A DNA stretch of 64,000 bases from Octopus sinensis (GCF_006345805.1 NC_043003.1:112654001-112718000); one strand, 5' to 3'; numbered from the stretch's first letter, positions 13,618-26,925 are shown. Program-made: numbers and translations. Notes: a model not told the origin generated them from the letters alone.

Positions 13618-16600
13618 TGCCACCCAAGAAGAGAAGGACCCTCCTCAGCCCTCGGACGGCCAAGGCATCGGCTGCCAGGGCTAGAAGGGCACGCGAGACC
13701 CACGAGGAAACCGCCTTGCGCCTCTCGCAAACAGCTTCCCGTTATGCCGCTGCTCAGGCATCTGAAACTACTAGCGACCGTTCTACCCGACTTGCAAGGG
13801 TCGCAGCGTACAGATCTTCCCTCCGCTCGAGGTTGACGAAAGAGCAACAGTCCAGCCAAAACATGCGGGCTTCTTACTGTGCTTCCATCCGCAGAGCTCG
13901 CGAGAACCCCGAACAAAGGGCCATTGGAATGCGGCTAACGCCACTAGCACCGCCAGGACACGATCTGTCGAAACATCACAGCAGAGGAGAACTCGCCAAG
14001 ATGCTGACGCCGCAAACAAAGCCATGGCCAAAGCTGCCGAAACACCTCAACAGAGGAGAGCTCGCCAAGCTGCTAACGCCGCAAACACAGCCAGGGCTCG
14101 ATCTGCCGAAACTCCACACCAACGGACTATTCGGACATCCAGACATGCCATTAACACTGCTTCTGCTAGGGCTTCAGAGGGTGCTGAGGCGAGAGCTGAA
14201 AGGCTTTCAAGGGATGCCACTGCTACCGCTGTCGCACGTGCATCTGAATCTGCTGAGGCACGGTGCACTCGACTTGAGAGTATCAACAAACGTCGGGATA
14301 TCATTCGTGGTGTACGTACCCCTGCCCCCGCTTTCTGGTTGTCACTAGCATTCAACTACGACGCCACAATTAACTTCTCCTTGCGTGACGACATCAAGAT
14401 AGGGTCAATGACAATTGTATGCCAGGTTTGCAAAGCCAAGAAATGGCCCGGAGAGCCACCTGGTTTGTGCTGCTCTTGTGGCAAAGTGGACCTGCCACCC
14501 CTACGGGAACCACCTCAACCACTGAAGGATCTCGCGGCGGGTTTAACCCCCGATTCGTCACAATTCCTTGAAATAATTCGAAAGTACAACTGCTCATTCC
14601 AAATGACCTCTTTCGGGGCCAAAATTCCTCCCAGAGAAGGCTGGATGCCTACTTTCAAAGTGCAGGGACAGGTCTACCATCTTATTGGGTCACTTCTGCC
14701 AGACGAGATTCAGCAGTCTTCTTTCCTCCAAATATACTTCATTGCCGACTACAACCACCAGGTTGATGCACGCCTTGGAATAATACCGGGTACAAGCTAT
14801 GTTCCCCGCAAAGACATTCTTCTCCGTCTCCAAACCATGCTTCATGATATCAACAGCTACGTCTGCAGCTTCAGATATGCCTTGGACAGTGCTCCATCTC
14901 AAACTTCACCGTTGTCATTGATGCTGATAAACGACCCCACGGGGAGCACGAACGCCGTTTCAACGCACCTGCGTGCAACGAAATTGCCGCAGTCATACAC
15001 GGAGAGCAACACAACAGCCGTGACATAATCATCTCCTCCCGTGGTAACAACCTACACAGGATCAGCGAGACTCACAGATCTTATGACGCGCTTCAGTATC
15101 CATTGCTTTTCCCTTATGGGGAAGACGGCTACCACTTCGGAATTCCTTTACGGCAGCCCTCCAATCAAACTACTGCGGCATCAAAGACTGTTTCCTGCAG
15201 GGCGTTCTACTCATACCGGTTCATGGTCAGGGAGGGTGAGTTCAACTTATTGCCCCGTTGTCGTCAGCTATTCAACCAGTTCGCCGTCGACATGGCCGCA
15301 AAAATGGAATCGGAAAGGCTGCTATACATTAAACTTAATCAGACCAAACTTCGCTCCGACTCCTACATTCATCTCCGTGACGGTTTGCAACAAGAAAATG
15401 ACCCTCGCAACATCGGCAAGCCATGCATTCTACCCTCCACCTTCACGGGAGGACCGCGATATATGCGTGAAAGGACCCAAGACGCCTTGACCTACGTGCG
15501 CATTTACGGCCGGCCGGACCTCTTTATCACCTACACGTGCAATCCCAGCTGCGACGAAATCACTCGCGAACTCCTCCCGGGTCAATCTCACACCCATCGA
15601 CACGACATCGTTGCTAGGGTTTTCCGTCTGAATTTGGGCAAAATGAAGGATTTGATAGTTAAGGGTCAGATTTTCGGGCATGTCAGGTGCCACATGTTTT
15701 CGGTCGAGTGGCAAAAGAGGGGCTTGCCACATGCTCACATCTTAATTTGGCTCACTCATAAAAACGAGACTAATGACATTGACAAATTCATTTCCGCCGA
15801 GATTCCTGACCCCGATGAGGACCCCGGACTCTACGAAATTGTCCGCACTACCATGGTACACGGGCCCTGTGGACCAAATTACGCCAACACACCATGCTAC
15901 AAAAACGGATTAGCCTGCTCAAAGGGATTCCCTAAACGGTTCACTTTGGAGACTCAAACAGGCGGCGATGGGTATCCGCTGTACAAACGAAGGAGTCCAG
16001 CCAATGGAGGCCGCACGATTACGGTTGGGCGACATCAAGTGGACAACAGCTACATTGTCCCCTACTGTCCTCTCCTGTCGAAGATATTCAAAGCCCACGT
16101 CAACGTTGAGTTCTGCAGCTCCATCAGGTCAATACAATATGTCTGCAAATATATCAACAAAGGCAGCGATGCTGCCATGTTCAGCATCCAGAGGACCACC
16201 AGTCGCGACGAAGTGTCCAACTACTTGGCTGGCCGGTACCTCAGCAGCAACGAAGCGTTTTGGCGCATTTACGGCTTCCCGCTCCATCAGAGACACCCGG
16301 CTGTGGTGCAGCTTGCTGTACACTTGGAAAATGGACAGCGGATTTACTTCACAGAGCAAAGTGCTGTGCAGATAGCCACCAGCCCTAAAGACACAACGTT
16401 GACTGGTTTCTTCAAATTATGCCAACGTGATGACTTCGCTCGAACGCTTTTGTACCCACAGGTCCCATCGTACTTCGTGTGGTCTAAAAACACCTGGGTT
16501 CGACGGAAATCCGGCAAAAACGTCGAAAGCTTCCCAGGCGTCAAGTTTGACTCCTGCCTGGGTCGAGTTTACAACATCCCGCCAAACCAGCAAGAATGCT

Positions 16601-18071
16601 TCTACCTCCGTCTCCTTCTACATGAGGTCACTGGTCCAACAGGTTTCGCCAATATACGTACCGTCAATGGGGTTCTGTGCGACACCTTCAGGGAAGCATG
16701 TATGAGACTTGGCCTTCTAGAGGATGACTCCCAGTGGGACGCCACGATGGCAGAGGGTGCTTTACTGCAAACGCATTCGGCCCTACGACATCTTTTCGCA
16801 ATCCTTCTTCAAAAATGTCAGCTTAGTGATCCACTAAGTCTCTGGATGAAATACAGGGATGACATGTCGCACGACTTCTTACGTACGGCTCAGCAACACT
16901 GCCCTTCCGCCGAGATCACGTTCACCAACTTCATTTACAATTTTGCGCTCATTCAACTCGAAGACGCTGTCATCGATATGGGTGGGTCTGCTTTAACAGA
17001 GTACGGCCTTCCACCACCCACACGTGAACACGCCAATGTTATGTCTGCTGAATTGTTACGCGAAACTTCCTACTGCATTGAGGAACTGCACCAGTACGTC
17101 CAAGATAATGAACCACGGCTGCTTCCAGACCAGCGCATAGCCTACAACACCATCGTAGACTCTGTCAGACAGCAACGTGGGGGGATTTTCTTCCTTGATG
17201 CACCCGGCGGCACTGGCAAAACCTTCGTCACTAAACTAATTCTGGCAGAGGTCAGACGCAACACGGACATTGCCCTGGCTGTAGCTTCCTCTGCATTCTC
17301 CAGGGACCTCTTATCGCTCGGTGAAAATAGGATGCTGTCTGATGCGGATGGCTACGTTCAATTGGACTCACTTTGCACCATTGTCGACACCCCTGCTAGC
17401 CTCCGGGACGCTGTCTTCCACGACCTACAAAACAATTTACGCGACCTAATATGGCTGGCAGGCAGAGCTATTCTCGCACCCAAAAATACAACCGTCAACT
17501 CCATCAATATCCAGCTACTTGAAGCTATTCCTGGTGATGTCCACGTCTACAAATCTATAGATAGGACAGCAGACCCCGCCCAGCTTGCCGATTATCCTGT
17601 TGAATTCCTGAATTCACTTGAACCGCTAGGCCTGCCACCACACATCCTGAAGTTAAAAGTCGGTGCGCCCATTATGCTCATCAGGAATTGGTTCCACCTA
17701 AACAGTGCAGCGGCACAACGTTTGGTTGTGAAACATTTGGCACCACATTTAATAACGGCCACAATACTTACCGGTTGTGGGAAGGGAGAGGACGTCTTCA
17801 TTCCACGGATGCACCTTCAACCGTCGGGCGCTGACCTACCAATCCACTTCAGGCGTTCTCAGTTTCCTGTTAAACTCTGCTTCGCAATGTCCATCAATAA
17901 ATCCCAAGGCCAAACGCTACAAGTCGCTGGGTTACATTTGGGCGAACAGTGCTTCGCCCACGGTCAACTCTACGTGGGCTGTTCACGCGTTGGGAGGCGC
18001 AATGATGTTTTCATGTTTTCGCGCCCAAACGGACAGCTAGGAACATCGTATATACAGAAGTATTCCAGTGA
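13617..18071 (+). pseudogene. Helitron RepHel protein, frameshifted, with internal helicase deletion
   Basis: Starts MPPKKRR. Followed by 23-aa repeats, Cys cluster CQVCKAKKWPGEPPGLCCSCGK, FQMTSFGA/QGQVYH, PDLFITYTCNP, EWQKRGLPHAH (HUH), YVCKYINKG (Y2), GGTGKT (Walker A), and INKSQGQT...HGQLYVGCSRV (Pif1 motifs V/VI). Frameshifts near 13925, 14900, 17690-17720 and 18030. The shifted frame ends RNIVYTEVFQ* near 18071. Confidence 0.93.
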
Positions 18072-18843
18072 AGACAAGACATTGCAACGTCCACATGCAC
18101 CTTCGTTCCCTGGAGGGAAAGGACTACATTGGGATTAGTCGTTGCCTACTAGGGGCTCTTACATACCCGGGCAACGCCGGGCTATGCTGCTAGTTAAGGC
18201 ATAAAAAAACTTTTGGCTAGTTAAAATATGTTTGTAGCTATCTTGTGATAGAATTTTTCCCGACCAGGCGGGCCAACAGCGCAACACGGAGAGTCAGAGG
18301 TGGGTTGTCTTGCCTGCTCTGTGACATTCAGCTGTTCTTTTAATACGGCGTAGTTTGACGAGCTTTCCTCAAACTCAATCACGCAACAAATTTGGCGTAT
18401 TAACAAAACCCGTACACTGTGTATGGGCGACCGATAATAGATAGATAGATAGATATGTTTCTTTATTAGCCACACAGGGCTGCACACAGATAGAACAAAT
18501 TACAAGGTAGAGCTTTTTCTTTTGAAGGTTTAAAAAAAAAAAAAAAAAAAGGAAGGGGGAGTTTCGATCAAAAGGGATCGTAAAAGGAGAGAAAGAGGAC
18601 AAAAAAAAGGGGTTAAAAAAAAAAAAAAAGGGGGGGAGAGGAAAAAAAATTGATCAATAGGGATCGTTATCACAGAAATGTCAATATGAAGTGTAAAGGG
18701 GAGGACAGGTGAGGGTTACCCGTGGAAAGAAAGCCTACGGAAAAGACCACGGTAACCTCTGTCAATGAAGTCACATTTTATATATTCTTTTTTTTTTTTT
18801 TTTTTTTTGCAAATAAGCAACTCTCTGTTTTCGATTTCTGGGT

Positions 18844-21800
18844 TCATAGGACTATGCTCAAGGTGGCTTCGTCATTCATACGTGCCATTCTTGCTACATT
18901 CACCCTCTTTTTTTAAAACATTCGGTAGACAAAACTTGCCTCTCTACTCTCACTTTCCTTTTCAAGTGGTACTTGAAGAAGTTGATGAGAGATGACCAGA
19001 GAGGAAAGTGTTTGTCTCCAATCCTTTCAGACGCGTCCACCAGATACATTCTTTCGCCATAGCCACAAGGATGATGAAAATAGCTCTTCATTCCCGTTTG
19101 AAGGAAGGAGGCGTGACAATATTGACGATAGACTCAGCTGATAACCGACTCGTCCCACACGTGACAGCGTTGTTCGACATAAGCCCCCATGTCGGAAATT
19201 GTTGGACACTGAACGAGTGCGTGCAGAACGTTTCGTCGCTCTGACCGCATCTCGGGCAGGTCGGCCCCGTGTTTCTCGAGCCGTGTCTGTAGAGCTTATC
19301 CCAACGGGTAGCGCTTCTCGGTAGCACTGCCAGTCCAGGGATCTCTGGAAGTTGTCCATGGGCCCTGGCCGAAAGTCGTCCCGAACAGGCGGGTCAGTAC
19401 TCCTCGTCGACGTCCAGGTTTCGCCCCGAGCTCGTCGTCGTACCTCCCCTCCACTAAACCCCTATAGAATGCTTTGTTGTGTTGAAGTCACTTAAGGTCG
19501 ACCCAGGACGGCAGAGTTGCTTGAGAGCAACGCGACACTCGCGGTGCCATTCGCCCTTCCTCGCCTCTTTTTGATCCACGACTGCAGTTCGGTCATGGAG
19601 ACGAGCTGCGGGAAAGCGTGCCTCACAAACGGCGACCACACCTGTTCACCGTCGTCTACATGAGCCAAGATGTCGCAGTCTCAGCGCGTGTCTGCGCATC
19701 ATCAACCACGGCATGCCCAGCCCTCCTTTTAACGGGTGTTGACAGCAAATGGATCGCCTGACCATCGGGACGCATCCTTTCCACAGAAGCGAAAGAGATG
19801 CGTTGTAGTTTGGTGATGGTAGGGTCGGGACAAGTGCGACGGTCAGGCGGTAGTAGATGACGGACGCGATGTACGTGTTTCGCCACCTCCGCTCGACCTT
19901 TTAGGGACAGTTTCCTCTCGGCCCATTGCCGGGCGAGAGTGACCCTACTCGTTATCTCGTTCCAGTTCTTCTCCACTTGGAGGTCCGGACCGAACCAGAC
20001 CCCGAGCAACTCAACCGGGCCGTCGGTCCATCGTCCCACGACGGAGGCGCTGGTGGACGGCATGGGCTTGCTTCTCCAGGTGCCTAGTCGCAAGCCCACT
20101 GACTTTTCCCGGTTGATTTTCGCTCCTGTGTCACCGCTTCGTAGTTTTTCAGTGTCTCGCCGACCAGCTCGATGTGCTCGTGGCTAGACACTATGACGGT
20201 GACGTCGTCCGCGTATGCAGACAACCTCGTCCCGCATCCCAATTCTCGCGGATGCCCCTTAGAGTCGCCAGCTTCCGCAGTAGTGGCTCAAGAGTCAATA
20301 CGTATAGAAGTCGCCGAGAGGGGGCATCCCTGACGGACCGAACGTGCAATGTCGAAAGGTCTCGATAGATTGTCCATTTACGCGAATTACCGAACGGATG
20401 CCTCTGTACAAGCCAGCTATCCAGCCGCGGAAGACGGGACCGAAACCAGTCGCTCTCAGACTGCCTCCAAGTATCGATGGTCTACCCTATCAAAGCTTTC
20501 GATTGATCCAAGTTGATCAGGGCCCCACCCATGCCAGGTTCGTTAACTACCCTGTCTATGATGTAGCGCATCAGATGAGGTGTCATGGATGGTCCGGCCT
20601 GGCACGGCGCATGTTTGCGCCTTGTCGACCAGTTTCTCGATGACAAGCGCCAACCTCTTGGCTAGCACCTTGGCCAAAATTTTCAAGTCTGCATTAAGCA
20701 AGTGATGGGCCTAAAGTTATCTATTACATTTCCCTTGTTTAGATCTTTCTTCAGCAGTGTTACGGCTCCTCGGCTCACAAAACCAGGAATGCTCCCGTTT
20801 TTGCTGCCAGTTGCAGTACACCGCCGCCAAGAGATCTCCAAACAAGTCTGGGCATACATTGTAAAGCTCGTAGGGTAGACCATCCAAACCCGGTGATTTG
20901 TCCCTCGAGCATTCTGCCATCGCTTCCCGCACTTCCGCCGCCGTGATGGCACCTTCGCAGCACCCTGCCTTTCTTGTCGAGAGTCGTGGTAGGCTATTAA
21001 TAGGCACTGAAGTCCACCCTACGTTCTTGCCCTCCACTCGTTCCGAACAGTCGGGCAAAATGCTGCTGAAAGGCCTCACACACATTTTACTTGGCTCGAG
21101 CAATTCGCGCCCCTGTTCATCTACCAGTGACCGAATGGTGGCTTTGTTGCCCTGTTGCGCCTCTGCACCCCCGGGCCTCTCTCGCGGCTCCAACACCTTC
21201 GTTCCTTGAGCACGCATCCCAGCTCTGACAGCACATCCTTCGTGTTTGGCGTTGAAGTGTTGGTCGAGGGCCAACCTCGCCGCCAAACCGTCGGATGCGA
21301 TGCCGCTTCTAATTGCCTCTTCTAGCTTCTTCTTAACTAGCTCACCCTCTACTCTATTTCTATCTATGCTAGTGCTTTGCTGTACCTAATCGCTTCTCTT
21401 TTAACTGCTCTCTTGAGGGCAAACCACCATTTGTTGTTGATGATGGCTCCCGTCAAAGCCCTCTTTACTAGTGTGCTAATCGGTCTCTGAAAACTTGTCT
21501 CGATGGGAAGACGCGTTTAGTTTCCAGTATCCGGGACCCTGCCTAAGTGTCTTACCTAAGTCTAGCGTACATGTCACAAGTTTGTGATCCGTGTAGCTGA
21601 CTATGTGGAATTGTGGACATCCTATGCTATCTCTATCTACTGTCCTACACAGTATCCTATCTAGATACGATCTCGACGACCCGATGCGGTTGCTCCATGT
21701 CCACGTTGGCGCATTCGGGTGGTCTATCGGAACCTGTCAGACAGTTGAAAGCGTCTGAGCAGGTCTCTGAGGCATTTGCATCCCCGTCTATTCCTATCTC

Positions 21801-22257
21801 TACCCACGTAGTCTACATGCGTGTCCGGTAGCATTCCAATCCCCCAATAAGAGTAAAGGACGAGACGTTCCCAAGACAACTTCTAGACGTTGAAAGAATC
21901 CGCCCGACCTGTTAAGGGCGGTGCGTAAACTGATACGAGTCGAAAAGCGCACCCATTGCTGCCGTCGACATCCAGAACGACCAGTCTACCCTCCGTCTAC
22001 GAATATTGTCCTTACATTGAGATCCAGACTCTTGTGAAAAAGTACCGCGGTGCCACTACCGCCCATTCTCGGCAGACAGGGGAATAATAAATGTTGAACT
22101 GTCCGCCAAACATGGTCTTTAGGGCCCCCGGATTGTGGAGTCTGGTCTCGCTTATGGCTATGATTTCTAACTTATGTGACTTTATGTCATTTAAGAGGTA
22201 CCCTTGTTTCCAAGGGGACCCCAAGCCACGCGCATTTACACAACCAATCTTGATCAT
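18844..22257 (-). pseudogene. Tx1-type ORF2 (APE endonuclease, reverse transcriptase, CCHC), frameshifted
   Basis: MIKIGCVNARGL...ISETRL; LLGDWNA; SYLDRIL; TDHKLV; KSPGLDGLPYELY; NFRPIT; LDQSKAFDRV; VRQGCP; SAYADD; HPLKGGLGMP; TCPRCGQSDET.LHALVQC. Confidence 0.92.
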
Positions 22258-22259
22258 AG

Positions 22260-23092
22260 TTCTAATGAATTAGAATCAGAGGGTTACTTACTGGCTCGAA
22301 AGTTTTTGCTTTCTCCTCCGTTGGTTTGTCCTCGAGAAGATCCCAGTACAGTTTCTTTGTGAGATATTTTTGGCATTTACCAACCGCACTGGGGAAAATG
22401 CCTTTGAGTGTGTGGGGCAGACTTTTGGCGATGTGTAATATTTTGATGTGGTCTGGTGGTGTTGTGTATGGGATTGTTTGTTTTTATGTCATCTTCTGTT
22501 ATGTTGGTTTTTGATTGGATGTATTCCATCAAATTTGTGTTTTGGTGTCTATAGCTGTGAGCATGTTTGCTGTATATGTTTTTGTGGTGTTGGTGTGGCT
22601 GTTTTTGCGTTGGGTTTTGAAATGTCTTCGGGAGATGTATTTCCCCCTGCTTTGTTCGTGTTTGCATTTGGTTTTTGTTGTGTTTCTGCTCTTTATTTTC
22701 CTCTTTTTTGTAGCTATTTGCCATTCCTCACTGGTTTCGTCTTCCGACGAAATTTCTGAGGATCAGAAGGGGGTAGGGGTATGTTGTGGGCTTCTATGTA
22801 TGTCTGTGTAAGTGGTTGTGTTGTGTTTTCGTTGTTGTTGGTTGTTGAGTGTTTGTTGTGTTGAGTGCGGTATAAGGATGGGGGATCAGTTTGTGTGTGT
22901 TTTTTCTTTGTTTTTCTGTTCCTTTGGGTTTTTGCTGTTGATGGTGGTGTTGGTATTTTTTCAGGTGTCGAGTGGTTTTTGGTTGATGACGGATTAGCTT
23001 GGTGTGCTTCTCTTGTCGTCTTCTGTGTTGATGGTGGTGTGGGTATTAGAGCTTTTTTCCGGAGTGCTTTGGTTGTGGTAGTGGTCCCATAG
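22260..23092 (-). pseudogene. Tx1-type ORF1 C-terminal remnant (low complexity, T/K/P-rich)
   Basis: Lies directly upstream of the ORF2 ATG and includes SEISSEDETSEEWQIATKKRKIK. No RRM or zinc knuckle is visible, consistent with 5' truncation. Confidence 0.6.
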
Positions 23093-23095
23093 AGA

Positions 23096-23096
<1 letters not shown>

Positions 23097-23150
<54 letters not shown>

Positions 23151-23184
23151 TTTAGATTGATTGATTGGTCGATAGATAAATATT

Positions 23185-23281
<97 letters not shown>

Positions 23282-23282
23282 T

Positions 23283-23313
<31 letters not shown>

Positions 23314-23332
23314 TGATAGATAGATAAATATT

Positions 23333-23418
<86 letters not shown>

Positions 23419-23452
23419 TTTAGATTGATTGATTGGTCGATAGATAAATATT

Positions 23453-23499
<47 letters not shown>

Positions 23500-23582
23500 A
23501 TATTTAGATAGATAGATATAGATAGATAGATAGATAGATAGTAGAGATAGATAGATAGATAGATAGATTGATAGATAGATAG
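23097..23582. repeat. (GATA)n array with internal higher-order duplication
   Basis: Direct reading. The variant block TATTTAGATTGATTGATTGGTCGATAGATAAATATTT occurs near 23148 and 23416. Confidence 0.95.
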
Positions 23583-24058
23583 ATTTGTAGCACGCCCGGA
23601 CGACTGTGAATATATCTCCGGATGCCAGTACAGCGTAGTTGCATTTTTCTTGTTCATTTCTCCTAGAGTCATAGGAAGGAAGAAATAGATAAAGAGAGAA
23701 ATAGAGAGAAAATCAGAGACATGTGTTGAAAAGATCAAAGAAACCGCATCTATACTTACTGGCACTTTCATATGTGTGTGTGTGTGTATGTGTGTGTGCG
23801 TGCGCGCGCTTATTTGTGTATGTGTTCGTGTATATTTTTGGGGGTGTGCTTAAAGGGTGGAGGTTGAGAGGAAAAGATATTTCCTGATGGTAAGGGAAGG
23901 CGAAATCGAAAAGGACGACGCAGAACAAGTGCGAATACCCTTTCGTTAAGTTCTCTACCATTGCATCCAGTACAATCAACAATATTACCATCCTGCTTAC
24001 CTTCGCTCTAGTCATTGATGCCACGTCCACTATTTTGGTGGATGGTGGTAATGTTTGT

Positions 24059-24307
24059 TGTAGTAGTAGTAGTAGCAGCAGTAGCAGCTGCAGTAGTAGT
24101 AGTAGTAGTAGTAGTAGTAATAGTAGTAGTAGTAGTAGTAGTAGCAGCAGCAGTAGCAGCAGCAGTAGTAGTAGTAATAGTAGTAGTAGTAGTACTAGTA
24201 GTAGTAGCAGCTGCAGTAGTAGTAATAGTAGCAGTAGTAGTGGTATTAGCAGTAGCAACTGCAGTAGTAGTAGTAGTAGTAGCAGCAGTAGCAGCTGCAG
24301 TAGTAGT

Positions 24308-24371
<64 letters not shown>

Positions 24372-24578
24372 TAGTAGTAGTAGTAGTAGTAGTAGTAGTA
24401 GCAGCAGCAGTAGCAGCAGCAGTAGTAGTAGTAATAGTAGTAGTAGTAGTACTAGTAGTAGTAGTAGCAGCTGCAGTAGTAGTAATAGTAGTAGTAGTAG
24501 TAGTAGTAGTATAGTAGTAGTAGTAGCAGCTGCAGTAGTAGTAGTAGTAGTAGCAGCAGTAGCAGCTGCAGTAGTAGT

Positions 24579-24665
<87 letters not shown>
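24059..24665. repeat. Compound (TAG)n/(CAG)n array
   Basis: Direct reading. Variant patterns recur in blocks of roughly 140 bp or more. Confidence 0.95.
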
Positions 24666-25423
24666 TATATATTTTCGAAGAAATTCTTTTCATTTGACTT
24701 GTGACAATAGTGTTTCTGAGTCAGTCATCAACGTGTCTAGAATTTCGAAGTCTCGTCTGCAGTGTACGATTTATAAATTTTGCTTGCAAAGGTAAACTTC
24801 ATAACACCGACTGTTACATTAGTCATATAATAAGTACAAAATGCTTCTGTCGACGGCTCACCATACTCTTACTACAAAGACTAATAGCAATACACTGTAC
24901 TACGCAATACAGCATTTCAGTACATCGAAAAATAAAAGTTAACAACACATCTATATTCCAACAAATACCCCCACCTCTTCATACACGATTTATGATGGAA
25001 TCAATACTTATAATGCATCACAATGTTAAATTTAATACGAACATAACATACGTTAAGTCACCTATAAAAGTAAGCATCTCAGCGTTAAATATACATCAGA
25101 TAATCAAAATTTAAATTCGGATTGTAATGTCTAAATCAATCATAATGACTCTCCCTACACGCCCAACATCACTTAATTCTTAAGATTTAATTATGAAGGA
25201 CTAGAAATATGGATTTATGATGTTTTCTGACCCAAACGAACTGCAAGGAACTAACAACGCAGAAATATTTTTTAAAACACTTGAAAAGATCAAACTAGAA
25301 TAGTGTCGTGTTTCCAATGTGCAAGCTAATATTTCTCAACCCATTTTGACCCGTCCCAAACTTTTAGATTTCTAAACGTAACATGCGTCCCATCATGTAA
25401 AATGTTAGTATATAACATATCTA

Positions 25424-25658
25424 AAGGCGGTGAGCTGGCAGAAACGTTAGCACGCCAGGCAAAATGCTTAGCGGTATTTCGTCTGCCGCTACGTTATGAG
25501 TTCAAATTCCGCCGAGGTCGACTTTGCCTTTCATCCTTTCAGGGTCGATTAAATAAGTACCAGTTATGCACTGGGGTCGATGTAATCGACTTGATCCGTT
25601 TGTCTGTCCTTGTTTGTCCTCTCTGTGTTTAGCCCCTTGTGGGTAGTAAAGAAATAGA
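25424..25658 (+). mobile_element. Family A SINE, full length, 15-bp TSD
   Basis: TATATAACATATCTA at 25409-25423 and 25659-25673. tRNA-like head plus family A core. Confidence 0.9.
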
Positions 25659-26616
25659 TATATAACATATCTAGTATAATAATAACAAATAGAAATATTG
25701 GTTGGTTCGTTGGTTGGTTGGTTTGTAGGTTCGTCCGTTCGTTGACTGGTTGGTTGGCAGGTTGTCTCGTCACGATTTACATCGTATAATCGTAAAGAAA
25801 GAGAGGAAAAGTGAATAAAAGAGAGATACAGGTAGGGTTAACGTAAGATTTGCAGGACGAATGCATATAAAAGGCTCGATGGTAAGCAAAGAGTAAAATA
25901 ACGCTATACGCACACACTCACACACACACACAATGAGAGAATCATAGACAAAGGTGCGGGAAGGGGAGGCGGAGGAGGAGGAGAAAATGGCATATTAATT
26001 ATGGGACGAATAATACAAATGAGGAATTTGATTTTAGTGAAGTTAATTTTAAATTAAACATTTTTCCTTTTAAAATTTCCTATTAATTTTATAATTTTGT
26101 ACATGCACCACGACATTTGATAAAAGTTAAATCATAATTAATATGAGTATGCCGTGTTTTCCTGGTATAAAGATATCAGACATGGAGGCAAAAGTACATT
26201 TCCAAATGTAGCTACCATATAACAGGTGACGCTCTAGAAACTAGGAATCTTCTCACGCCAAATCGCAGCCTAACAAATACAATGTGCTTCTATGTTAAGT
26301 ATATGTAGTTGATAATGTTTATTACACTAAGGCTGCTTCTAGTTCGTATTTTAATGTGTGTGTGCGTATGTGTGTGTATGCCTGTGTTTGTGCGTGTGTG
26401 TGTGTATGTGTGTGTCTGTGTTTGTGTGTATGTATTAAGGCTACCAACGGTTATCATGTCAAGAAAATTAACCCAACGATTCTCCAAACCGATCACATAG
26501 AAAACATGACGTTGGTCTCCATTTTGGATTGAAACACCAAAAATCACGGCAAGTCATTCGAATTCTTCGATATCTTCATACACTAACACACCACACACAC
26601 ATATATATATATATAC

Positions 26617-26679
<63 letters not shown>

Positions 26680-26826
26680 AGAGTACAAAACAAACAGATG
26701 TATCAGGAACAGAAAAAGTCTTTTTCGTTTCGAGCCTACGCTCTTCTACAGAAAGGGACACAGAAAAAACAAGGAGAGAAAAAATTGTGTGCAGTGGCTA
26801 ACGATCTGTCATGGCGACCATATATA

Positions 26827-26916
<90 letters not shown>

Positions 26917-26925
26917 ATACATATA

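Larger units (their letters stand above)
12406..18193 (+). mobile_element. Helitron, near full length
   Basis: 5' A|TC followed by TCTCTATATATAAA. 3' hairpin CCCGG-GCAACG-CCGGG (18166-18181) then CTAG|T (18190-18194). No TSD. Rep-Hel ORF inside. Confidence 0.95.
18455..23092 (-). mobile_element. Tx1/L1-clade non-LTR retrotransposon, 5'-truncated within ORF1, inserted in (GATA)n
   Basis: Contains an ORF1 remnant, ORF2 (APE-RT-CCHC) and a 3'UTR with AATAAA (18462-18467 on minus). (TATC)n at both ends. Confidence 0.93.

Noticed and set aside
13310-22273. Overlapping alternative-frame and antisense ORFs within the Helitron and Tx1
   Set aside because: Expected by-products of GC-rich coding DNA; no recognisable motifs.
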